A stretch of DNA of 64,000 nt from Lytechinus pictus (taxonomy: Eukaryota). Position 1 is the first letter of the stretch. The number at the start of each line of letters is the position of its first letter. The translations under genes and the position numbers were made by a program. A model generated the notes under the pieces. The model was given only the letters and a program-made list of their open reading frames with translations, searched no databases and was not told the DNA's origin. Positions 12,457 through 25,230 of the stretch are shown one piece after another. Where the stretch lies: assembly GCF_037042905.1 (NCBI RefSeq), contig NC_087246.1:51088001-51152000 (forward strand). The letters are read 5' to 3'.

Positions 12457-14359
12457 TTTCGATTTTAAAATTGACAGAAACTTAATATTCTAAATATGTA
12501 CACTTATACGAAGTTACACCCACAAATGCCCATCTGGGTATACTGATAATAATAGTCAATGTTACGTCCAAGGTGGTACAACATTTTTAAAAATTATTTT
12601 CCATACAAGTACGATATTTTTTTAACCAGAATGTCATTCGTTTCTATGCGAACGTCAAAAGTCATGTAAACAATCGACATGAAAAGTTCGTTGAACCAAT
12701 CGGTCTCCCGATTGCTCGTATTGCAATTAAAGACGGCAAAGAGAATACCAAAAAAATACTATATACCGGTAAGCCATTTGTATGAATGATTTGGTTTTAA
12801 TCGTAATACATAATATGTGTACCCACTGCCTTCGCAAAAAATAACCCTTTTGAAGGTTGTTCTTCATAATTTACATTCAGGGTCAATTATTGAGGTCATT
12901 TGTCGTGGTAACGTCCCCGTGGAACAATAGCATGGATGAGCTCAGTGTGGGGAAATTGAATTAGATGATCGGGAGGCTTCACGCAACAAATGTTTCCAAC
13001 ATCTCAGCAAAAAAAAAACCAGGCACTCAAGCAAACAAAACATGATCCATATGCCTCAGACAGACATAACTAACAAAACCGGTCTATACCAGAATTTTCC
13101 GGATAAGATTGCCCTACCGCTTTTTTATCTTGTTAGTTTCTACAAATGAACTTGAATTCCACTTTGCGATCACGTTTATAGTTATATATTATCTCGAGTT
13201 TCATGAAATATTTATCACATGAACATCGTCTGGGTGCAGGATTTAGTAGATGGTCTCATGCGTTGTCTTACGTAGGAAACAAATAATAAATGTTTTGCAA
13301 ACGTTATCTTTACTCAAATATCTTCCATATTCCATGACCTCGGTTTAAAAAAATTGCTTTCTTGTTGAAAGATTGTAGACCAGACGAATTTCAAACCTTA
13401 AAGCATTATTGTCTTTGTAAACTGCATCTATTTCATTTATATTCTCGATTTTTTTTATTCAACGAGTTTAGACTCATCGGAAAACTACACTTCCGAACAA
13501 AACTTAGTGAAACTGTCAAAACCGTTTCTGTATAGCAAGAAAACATTACCAGAGGATAAACAGACGTTACTAAAATAAAGCGCTGTTTTGACTTCCGTAT
13601 ATGCTTAAACCTTTAGTAAACCTTCTTTTACAATCGGAGAACAATTAATTTCCGTGGGTGTTAATGCAATTAATTCTGTGAAAACTACACTAGTGAAAAC
13701 AATCGCCAATCGCTATCGGGGAATTCTACAGATATTTCCTTAAAGACATTTTTGCTGCAGACTCGTCTCAAAAAGCCGCAATCTCTCATTCACATGGTTT
13801 CAGGAATAGACACATGTTTAAATTCTCAAGGCCACTTATCGGAACACGTGCAATTAGCCCATTAATGGTTTCTAAACAAGATTATGATAAGCTTATTATT
13901 TTGCTCAACCCGTGATCTGATTTAACACTATAATATAAAATATTTCAAGCGACTTTGGTTTTTTTTTCTTTCCCGATATAAAGCTGAAATAGAGCAGTTG
14001 GAATACCGGGATATTTTAATGACAGAATTATGTATTTAAAAAAAAAGTTTACTCTCAGAATTAGGAAGGAATTGCTGACTGAGCGTTTCGGGAACTGCAT
14101 CTTCCCGTCACTTAACCTCCCCTTTCCACACCGTATCCGACGTCGTATTTCTCATTCATTTTAAATTCCTAGGCCGATAATAATTGATTATTTTCACTTT
14201 TACTTTTATAAATGCGATCGATGGACTTCTACTAGAAATGTACGTTGGACATTTAGGCCTATATTTCAATGATTCAGTTTTGGATTTTTTCAATTACTTA
14301 AAGTTGTTCGGCACCTTCATCTATCAATGTATAATTGTCCTAACTTTTCTTGTACCTAC

Positions 14360-14575
14360 CTGCGGCGATACGAAAATTCCCGAGCCTATGATGATGCCGA
14401 CCACCATGGCTATACAACCAAAGATTCCGACTTTCCTCTTGAGGACAACCTCTGGTTCTCCTCCTTCTCGAATGTCCGTCATGGTCTGATTCGGTGTTTC
14501 CGAAGAGGCTGCAGGAGGTACATCTCCACCGGGACCCGTATCCGCTTGGTCTGCGGAGGTGCTGTCTGGAGCCAT
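14360..14575 (-). CDS. SLC7 (LAT/y+LAT/b0,+AT/xCT family) amino-acid transporter light chain, coding exon 1
   Basis: MAPD...LKRKVGIFGCIAMVVGIIIGSGIFVSPQ contains the SLC7 TM1 GSGIF motif. There is an in-frame TGA upstream (14612-14614) and a CAG|GTAGGT donor at 14360/14359. A pyrimidine-rich acceptor at 14734-14736 means the exon starts at 14733 with 5'UTR. Confidence 0.93.
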
Positions 14576-16944
14576 TGCACTTCTCGCTGTGGATGTCGAC
14601 GTGAAGGGTCTTCAAGGTGTTTTGTGAGTCACGGTTCGAGCCCGAAAAGCGTGATGACAGCGCTTCAGCTCAGCTGAATACGAGTATGTATGCTCAGGAA
14701 TATAATGGGACTATGATCTATACCGATGCCTGCCTGTAGAAATGAGAGAATAAGTATAAAAAATACACGAATCAATAAATAAACATGATCGAGTCACATG
14801 GAAAAAAAAGAAGAAAACTTTGAACAACCCAACGTTGATGCTTGCTACCCACACTGCTCATGAACCATGGATCGACTCGCAGTAACATGGCCAACTCTTG
14901 ATTACTAAATCGCGAATGTGCAGGCCTACTGATCACACATGCACATGATGTAGTCAGGACATGATGCCCTGGTTCATCGGCTCTCCGATCAAGATAGGGT
15001 CGACCCAATAGAAGTCTACAGCGAACGAAAATCAAAATTGGATTTACCACATTAAAGGTCTATTGACCACGTGTGTATAAAGGATAGGAACAGCTTCTAC
15101 TTCCAACTCCCTGCTCATATCAAAACAAACGGCGTTGATTACGAATATTAAAGAACTTGACACAGGCTGGTGCCTATATAGTATTAGTAGTAGTACCCAA
15201 CTCCCAAGAAGTTGATAACATGAGGGAAAAACTGCAGAGCCTTGTCAGAGATGATATACCATCGGGAATGAAAGAATATTCCAGGAACATCCAAGCATAT
15301 AGGCTGCTCTTCTACCAGACATACTACTATACTGTACAGAACATACCGCGAGAGATAATTCCAAGGATAATTCACTCTCTCTCTGTATACGAGGCCAGAC
15401 AGGTCACGCAGCGGGCATCTACGGCAGCACTGTTCCCACGTGTTATTTTGGTCAACTACTACATGTACTACCCATTGTATGCGTGAACTACTGACCAAAC
15501 AGTGTTCAATTGAAGGTCATCTTGTTATAATTCGCTATGAATTCGGACAAAACGAGTCATGTGTAACGGTATATCATACATTTAGGAATATGTGGTCATC
15601 CAGAGTAGTATAGTAGGTCCATCCATGAAGCCATCCATGGTGTAACCAGTAGGTCCATGGTGTAACAAATTCGAAAATAACTCAAGTCTTGAGTAAACTC
15701 TCTACGAAGTGAAGTACAACACCTGAGATAATACACATGTCTACCTGGATATTATTTTAGCAATGAGAATCGGAAACAAAACCAACTACCAAGTGCCATG
15801 TATGCCAGCTCTATGCAAAAAGCGACAAAATTAAAATAACAAAAAGTCATTAAATATGTATAGGACCGCGTCCTTCTTCTCCCCCTCACGTCCCTGCCCT
15901 AACATATTGGTTGCATGCATAGAGGTATACATCTCTATGGTTGCATGTCATCAGACAGAGCAAAGGGCAACGCATTATGAATACAGTAATGTGTGCAGAT
16001 TTGCCTAATATTACGAACTTAATTCAGAGTGCAGACTGATTTAGACATAAAAATGTGATATCTATATCTAAGCACAATTTTTAATGAACAGGGTGCGTAC
16101 TTACGAGCGCGAAGAGCGGGCTGAAATTTTCGATATACCCGAAAAGGGGCATTTTTAAGGACAATTTTATAGGAGGAATTCATGAAGAGGATTCTTATCT
16201 AATTATTCAAAATAAAATTTCAGTATTCAGACCAGAAAATGGAACGTTTCTACGTTTTTTTAAAGTTTTTTTTAAAGATTATCAGGAGGCATATCTTACT
16301 ATTCAAATTAATGGAGACTTGACGGCGCGAGAAGATAATTATATAGTGTTTATACAAAATTTATTAAAACGGGAAATATTTTTTAAGCGCAATTAACCGG
16401 AAATTTGCAGTAATGTGAGCGCGAAGCGCGATCGGAATTTAGTGACCTATTTTTCATTTTCTGACTCTTCCCGTCTCCTTATGCTTAACTTACCTTAATA
16501 TCCTCATATCTTTCTCCACCTTTTTTTTCTCTATCTCTCCTTTGCGCTGCTTGTATCATGTTTACAATGGGCGAGTGTCGCCTTTTCGTCCCTACCCCCC
16601 CCCCCCCCTCGATACGTGTATGATTCTATTAGGTCTATGAAATAAACTCTATATACAATTCCACAATTTCTTGATGGGTTCTTCGAACCTGGTGGAAACA
16701 TTCAAGAGATCAATTCAATTTGAGGGCAAAGGTGAAACTGCCAAGTCCCAAGTAAAAGTGTAAGAAAGAAAGCGTGATGATGACTTGAACAGCTGACCAA
16801 AGCCATTACCAGGTACCGTAACCACCGTGCCTAAATCGTGCCCATGCATGCCAGTTCCACAGCTCCTTCAAATGTCACTACATGCAGGATAATACCATGG
16901 CTATAAAGGGTTTGTAAACTCATGATATAATAGGCCCTACTTAA

Positions 16945-17541
16945 AGGGATGCTCCGGGCTAAAGATATTTATATCTACATGTAGATAAGTAAAATTCTCA
17001 AAGCAAAATGCTGAAAATTTGATCAAAATTGGATTAACAAATAACGAAGTGATTGAATTTTAAAGATTTGCATTGCTCTGGTGAAACAGTTATAGGCATG
17101 TCTTCATGAATATTCATTAGGTGGGATAATGATGTCACATCCTAACGTTCCTTTTGCTTATGTTATTATGTTATTTCATGAAACCATAATTGTTTCATTT
17201 TTTTTCAAAAATGTGTAAATGATGTGCCTCCATCATGATGAAATACCGTAAGATGCAGCAAGAAATAACTAATGCATTTAATCACTTGTCAATCCAACTA
17301 TTTTAGTTCTTGGTCGAAAAATTTAGAATAAACCTAATTTCATATAATAATAATTTTATATAATAAAATAGAAAAGAACCATTGGGGATATGATATCATC
17401 AGTGTGCTCATTGAATATTTATGAAGACATGCCATAACTTTGTTATTCCTTGTCCGATTTTGATCAAATTTTCAGCGTTTTTGTTTGTCTGATTTGTCTA
17501 AATCTGTTCAAATCATATTATTTTCAGCCTGGATTACCCCT
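16945..17541. mobile_element. Kolobok-type MITE family B, copy 2 (diverged)
   Basis: TTAA|AGGGATGCTCCGGGCT...CAGCCTGGATTACCCCT|TTAA. Confidence 0.85.
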
Positions 17542-18625
17542 TTAACACTCTTTGGTGTTGTGTTCAAACTATAGGAAGTCATTTCGACTCCTCATGGTGT
17601 GATCCTCTGGGGATAAAAAATTGTGTCGGTTTTAATATAGTGCACCACTGTAGATCCTGCCTGGTTTCGTGAAAGGACTTGTCGGACGTTTTATCTGTCA
17701 TGTCCCATTTTATCGGACAGTTACCATAGTAATGGTGCTTCTCAGCCCCAATCAGATTCAAGGAAAGATGTCAGATCTGACAACTTGTCAGACAAAAATG
17801 TTGAAACGCTCCCCATGTTTTTTTTTTCAACTCTGCACTCTCTTGGGATATTTATTAAGGGGGGGGGGGTGTCCGACCGTTTAATAACTTTTGTTACAGT
17901 TGAAATTTGTTGGTTTTCTGCAAGGTAGCAGATTTCTGGCTGGGTTTGAAGTCTCAAACTCCTGAAAAATGAACTCTTCGTCGTGGCTATGTCCTCTTTA
18001 TATCAATTAAGGACTTTTTTAGCATGTTTAGTGACAAAGCAATATCCCATTCGATTTCCGAAATAAACGCGCTGTTAAAACAGATGAGGTCGTTTTGGAA
18101 AGCAGAAATATGTTATCGTATAAACATCCATCGATTTGTGCAATAAACTTTATGAGCATATAATTATTTTGATGAGGTGAAACGAGTGTTTTCCGAAAAA
18201 TAAAAACCTGAATGAAAACGACATCCAGCTTTTATTGAAATGCCCTTGTACAGTGACTTTCACGAGTCATGGTCAGTGGCGCCGCCAGGATATTTCTAAA
18301 GGGGGTGATACGAATTACAGCAGACATCATACCCCCTAACAGGTGAATATGTATTATTTTTTTATAAATTTATACCTACAGATTACACGACTCAGATCCA
18401 TCTTTTTAAAGGATTTATTTCTTCCTTTTTCTTTTACACGATTCTTTTCCTTTTCCCTCATTTTTTTCGCTATATACTTGAAAAAAAATGAAGGCATGCA
18501 GTTGCCCTTTGCATGGGCTTTGCATCTCCTATCGCACCGCCCATGATCACGATCTAGACCATCTATTGTAAGACTATTGTAACCGTGCAGTTGTTACATT
18601 TTTTTCTTTCGATGTTTATCAGTAA

Positions 18626-18794
18626 TATCTCAGTCACATTTCCCCTACCACCGTCGTATGGCGAGTCGAAAACAGCCGTTTTAACATTTTTTTTATACCA
18701 GCTACATAATTATGGGTGGTTTAAATAAAATTAGATAAACATCCGTTTTCGACTCGCCGTATACGGCGGCCGTAGAGGAAATGTGACTGAGGTA
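18626..18794. mobile_element. Short palindromic MITE, same family as 7931-8094
   Basis: CTCAGTCACATTTCCCCTAC..GGCGAGTCGAAAAC ... GTTTTCGACTCGCC..GTAGAGGAAATGTGACTGAG. Confidence 0.8.
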
Positions 18795-21700
18795 TAATGC
18801 GTGTGAAAAACACTTCAGCGCACCAAAACCTTTCATAGTTCCCGCCAAATCATTCGACCTGCGCTGGAGTTTTGAGGTTATGCAATACCATCATCGATGG
18901 CATCTTTGTCTACGAGTGGATTCGTTCTGTCAATCTTTCTTATTGTATTTTCAATATGCGAATGTGAGGAAGTAATTCCTCCCACAATTGACATCGTGTA
19001 TTGTACAATTCAATGGCAGATAGATCACTGCACTTTTCACAATTAACGACTCGTTTTACAATCAATGATGAAAGCGCATACCAAGATCCGTGGATAGACA
19101 TGCATTGATGAACAAAGTTTGGCAATAACACTACACACTACGGTGTAGGGCCTACACAATTTCATTTAGCTTTAGTTACACGTTTAACATGAAAAGCTAA
19201 GTGTCGAATATTACACAACATATAAGTTTTTGGTGGGCAGGACGGTGGTTTACTCTGTGGTTGGATGATATACATTTATAAATCATAGATAATAATTCTC
19301 TAACATAATTACACAGAGAATCACCTTATTCATTACAGAATTATAGCCAATATGCCAATATGTCTATAATTATGTAAGCCAATATTGTAGACGACGCATG
19401 TCAACGATTTGATAAAATTACATTTTTTCATAATACATTCACCCATTATCATTTTATTAATGTCCAATATGATCTAATTTCCTTGGAATACACATGGTCT
19501 ATTTTACGGTCATTTTAATTTAATTAAAGTAGACCATATGGTTTCATTGCAAGGGAGTATACACCCGAGTAGACGAGACGAGTTAACCTATTTTTCTTTA
19601 GTGCTTTAACCGTACAGGTCTACATGTACTCCATGGGTGTCGATTTGTGTTGTGAATCTATGGTTCAAGGGGGGTGATGATGATCTATTGTTTCATCCCC
19701 CCCCCCCCCCCACTTAAATAGTATGATGTCACGGATCGACACAAGTGCCGACCCCACCCCCCCCCCCCCTTCCCAAATCCCACTGTTAATAGACCAGTTC
19801 GGATTACCTCATGTGCAATTTTGGTGAAAGGACATTTCGTTTCTTTCATTATGATAGACAGATTTCAAACTTTACAAATGACATTCTTCCGATCATGCGC
19901 AGAATGGAACTCCGAATTGCCTTTTTTTTCTGCCCAGACAGAGAGACGTAGACGTGGACATACCAATCCAAGTTTATAGTACATCATTTACCAGCGCTCC
20001 ACCACAGTTCTGGCATCTTGCCAAACAATGGATGCCTCCATCTAATCTGTATGTGAGATGGATACCCGATGGATACTGGTTGAAGACAATATGCGTCATG
20101 CATTTAGTATCCATATCCCTCTTTCTGATAAAGGTAATTTCAGCAACAAATGATGCACAAACCAATGTTATCGTGGTCGATGCATACATAATTTACAACT
20201 TCATGTGAGATTTTCCCCAAATTTTATCAAGTCGATTCCGATCACGGTGAAGTTACATTGTACAGTGCATACACGAAGGAATGGAAAAGTAATGTTGCTT
20301 ATTTCCTCATCCTTGCCTACAATGTAAGTAATGGGCAGTTCAACCTATAGCCCCTTGGCACCCGGTCAACTTGTCAAGTTTTTTTTTTTTTTTTTTTTGG
20401 GGGGGGCTTCTTTTTATAACTTACTGCATCTGCTACATTGGGTAAGCTTTAACATTGCAATGAATGTGAATTTCCAGGGCACCTTTTTTTTAGTTTCCAA
20501 GGCACTTTGTCCATTTCTAAAATCGTGCCCAGCCCCGTGTAACTTTTTCCTAGCTAAACTACAGTACATGTATTGTAGGTCCTATCTATCAAAAGAAAGA
20601 TACGTGTTGAAGGGGGTGTACACTTGTCTCCTAACATTAATTCCATTTCCCATGTAAATGAGAAAGATGACTTTGATAGTTAATGACATCCATACGTTAT
20701 GGTACACTTAAAGTGCATAATATTCCAGATAGTCAAGGACTTGTATTTATTTAAAATATTTACCATTTTGAACTACAGTACCTCCTACCTAAGCACAGTT
20801 TACAAATCAAACTAGTACTGAAAACCGGAATGAAAAGCAATTTGTACTGTGCACCATTGTTGAAGTCTTAATTAAGTTTCATAATTTATTCATCTCTGAG
20901 TAGTAAAGCTCTTGAGGTACTAAGGTGCACAGATGTAGAGGGGAATCACAGCTCCGCCTACTTTTCAAAGTCACTTGCACTTTAATATTTTAGTCATGAC
21001 CCATTTGGTCCATTGGTTTGGTCTACACTTGACTTGGTTGAAATTCTAATAATATTGAATACTAGTAATGATAAGTTGACAAGAATATGAATAGTTTTGA
21101 TGATTTATTAGAAATTATAATGCACCGAATCCACTCTGCTGGGTGCTTAAGGCATAATGAAAGTCAGGAGAAAAAATATACACCAAGATAAATTAAACTT
21201 GGGCAAAGACAGTTAAGAATAGGAAGCAATGAATAGTAGTACATGTCGGCACATCTTCAGGTAAAATTTAAATGTGTAAAGTAACACAAGTGCATACAGT
21301 AACTGTAGTCTAATGCCCGGATGGATTTCCATTTTGTCTACTGTAATTATTTTGCATTTTGTTAAATAAGAAAAAATTGATTCATAAACACTTCCAATTC
21401 CGTTTACATACATACTAAGTCTAGACCCGATGCCTGGTGTTAGAATATCAGAGAAAATTTGAATTACCAGACCCCCCAAAATAGACAAAATGGAGACTGA
21501 ATAGGCTAAATGGAAGTTAGACGAAGTGGTGACTACCGGTATACAAACTGGATGTAAAACAAACTACATGTAGGATTATGCCATGTGAACTGAGACCAAA
21601 TGGATGTGCATGGAGAGGCATACATGGAGATCAGTGGTGGATGATTGCGAATCCAGGGGGGGGGGGCATTCCGGCCAATGCCCCCCCCCCCCCCGAGTCA

Positions 21701-23214
21701 ATTTAATGTAAATATGTCATTCATACAAAAGTGTACCCCCCCTCCTTTGAGAGTCACAAAAAACATTTTAATGAGAATATGTTGTTTATACACTTGAAGT
21801 GAGGACCTTTTCACATACTAGTAGTTATCCATGTGGCTGTTGAAGTTGAGTTTCTGGTCACTGTGGATACCAAGATACCTGGCAGTTTAAGCTTAAACAA
21901 CTGTTTAAACTTTTTAAACAAGTTGTTTAGAGTGACAGTCTTATTTTTTTTATGTGTAGAATCTATTTAGTTTTAAACTAGTGTTAGTATACCAGTAGCC
22001 TATAATCTAGGTGGAGGCTGCAGTTTTTCGCATCCACAAATGCGTAGTCTTCGCCAGATCAGCCGTATCTCTTGCGTTCAGCTTAACAGCAAAGACAATA
22101 ACTGCAGCCTCTGCCTAGATTATAGTCTAGTATACTGGTAGATCTAGTTTAATAGACTAACTGGCCAATAGAGTCACAAGCCCATTCACACAAAGACACA
22201 CAAGTATGTATTTGGTAATTAGTAACCTCACTAAACAGACTGTAGTGTAGAGTGACTTGGCTCATGTACATTCAAATACATTATGTGTCAAATGATCTTG
22301 ATTTAATATCATTTTGCTTGTTTGCTTATTCTACAGATAAAGTTAGACCTCTAGTAGATCTAGATCTATCTGTGGAATACATGTACACACAACTATAGAA
22401 ATCAAGAACATAATGTTGCTTTCTTACACACTTTAAGTAAAGTATAGTTTGATGTCAGGCCTCATGATGGCCATATGATGTCAATAGACTACATTTGCCA
22501 TCAACCATATTCTCAAACATATGTATCATCTTGTCTGTTTTTCTCTGTTGATAGTTGGAGAATTTGACTTGACCTTGTCTGCAATGTCTTACTGTCTCCT
22601 CCTCACTGTGGCCATTGATGCATTGATGATATTCTTTTGTGTATTTTCTTTTCTTACTTTCATTCGTTAATTTCATCTGAATAATACATGTAGGGTCATG
22701 CGTAGTGTAACTGAATAATACTACATGTATATTGTCATGAACATCTACCATGGTTTACATCTACATGTAGCATTATCACAAATGCGACAACAGATGCAGT
22801 ATGGGCCATGGCACTAAACCATAGCATAGGCGTTCCTGGCTCCATTTTTTACTGCATGATGCATCACCACTCTCAGCTCAGACATATGCAGTCCAGTGTG
22901 GTTGGACTCTTTGGAGATACATGTAGATCCAGAGCTCCGACTGAAAACTTTATCTTACTTTCTCCACTGACATGACTGAAGTTAAGTTAGACTTATCATG
23001 CCCAAAAGTAAACCATGTTCTTGATTGTTTTGTTCTTCCACTTTTATTTTATCATGAAAACATGGTCATGAAAAACAAGTCTAATCTAACATCTAGGTCT
23101 AGACATAGATCTAATTCTAGGCAACATCTAATAGATCTAGATATCGACCTCTAGAATGGTCTAGATCTAGACTCTAAATCTAGTTCACAAAGCAAAAGCC
23201 AAGCCCAAACTTAA

Positions 23215-25230
23215 GGGATGGTCCAGGCTGGATATATTTATATCTCAATAAATAGAGTAAATGCTGAAAATTTGATCAAAATCGGATAACAAATAACAAA
23301 GTTATTGAGTTTTAAAGATTTGCATTATTCCGGTGAAACAGTTCTAGGCATGTCTTAATGATTTATAGATGGGCTGATGATGTCATATACCCACTTGTTC
23401 TTTTGTATTTTATTATATAAAATTAGGTTTAGATTCTCTTCAAAAATTTTCTTTCAAGAACTAAAACAATTGGATTGACAAGTAAATGACAACTGATTAA
23501 GTGCATTAGATCTAGTTATTTATTGCCGCAACTTATTTCATAATGGAGACACATCATTTAGACTACACATGTATGAAATAATGAAAAATTTATGATTTCA
23601 TGTAGATCTAATAACTAATAACGTTAGAAAAAAGAAAAGTGGCCGAAAAGTGAATATTCATGACAATGTGCATATAGATCTATAGAGATCTAACTGTTTT
23701 CACAAAATATTGATAAACTTTAAAATTCAATAACTTTGTTCTGTTATCCGATTTTGATGAAATTTTCAGCATTTTGCTCCGTGAATTTTACTCTATTTAT
23801 TTAGATCTAGATATCAGCCCGGACCATCCCTTTAAAGGTCAAGTCCACCCCAGAAAAATGTTGATTTGAATAAATTGAGAAAAATCCATCAAAATTTCAT
23901 CAAAATCGGATGTAATAAAAGAAAGTTATGAAGTTTTTAAGTTTCAATTATTTGTCACAAAACACCGATATGCACAACTCAGTGACATGCAAATGAGACA
24001 GTCAATGATGTCCATCACACACTATTTCTTATGTTTTTCATTGTTTGAATTATACAATATTTCATTTTTTACAGATTTGAAAATAGGGACCAACTTGACT
24101 GAACCAAATAGTATTATGCAATGCTAATTACGGTACACATTTGCTCAGATAGGAATCAATCGTTGTTTCACTTGACAATGAGGAGAAAATCAGAATATTC
24201 CATATTTCATATAATAAAATACAAAAGAAATAGAATCTAGTGAGTGATGTCATCAGTCTCCTCATGTGCATACCAACCAGGATGTGCATATAGATCTAGA
24301 TCTGTTTTGTGAAATTAAGCTTAACTTTAAAATGTCATAACTTTCTCATATCACATCCGATTTTGATGAAATTTTCAGTGTTATTAAATAGATCTAAAGT
24401 TTATGCTTCTTGGATTTTTCTCTTTTATTCAAATCAACTCTTTGTTGGGGTGGACTTGTCCTTAAAGGGCAAGTCCACCCCAGGAAAAACTTGGTTTGAA
24501 TCAAAAGAGAAAAATCAAACAAGAATAACGGCTGAAAATGTCATCAAAATTGGATGTAAAATAAGAAAGTTTTAAATTTCGGTTATTTTTCACAAATCAG
24601 TTATACCTTGTCCTTGAACCTTGAAGGAATAATCCCTTACCCTTAAGCAGCTCTTCCAAGCTAAGCTGTGATGGGATGTGACAATTTTGTTGGAATTCTA
24701 TTTACAATTATATACACAACTCAGTGATATGCAAATGAGTTGGTGATGTCACTCACAATTTCTTTTGTGTTTTATTGTTTGAATTATACAATATTCCAAT
24801 TTTCAGAGATTTTACAATAAGGGGCCCTCTTGGTTGAGCCACAAAATATTAAAACAGTGGTATTGGTAATTCCACATGTTCAGGAAGGAATACAACTTTG
24901 TAACTCATGACAATGTCAATGAGGAGAAAATTGAAATAGACCTATTCCATAAGTCATGTAACAAAATACAAAAGAAATAGTGAGTGGCCTACATCATCGG
25001 TTGCCTAATAATATTATTTGCACACCTACCACTACCACTACCAGGATGTGCATAGACCCTAGGCTATAACGTTAACAGTTTAAGTTTTGTGAAATTAAGC
25101 GAAACTTTAAAATACTCATAACTCATAACTTTCTTATTTTACATCAGATTTTAATGAGGTTTTCAGTGTTATGCTTGTTTTATTTTTCTCCTTTTATTCC
25201 AATCAACTTTTTGTTGGGGTGGACTTGTCC
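23215..25230. mobile_element. Three adjacent Kolobok-type MITEs (family B 23215-23831; family C 23836-24461 and 24466-25230)
   Basis: The junctions CATCCCT-TTAA-AGGTCAAGTCC and GACTTGTCC-TTAA-AGGGCAAGTCC each share a single TTAA. Confidence 0.88.

Noticed and set aside
22455-22751. 98-aa minus-strand ORF as a protein-coding exon
   Set aside because: An acceptor-like site exists, but there is no recognisable homology, no convincing donor and no partner coding exons.
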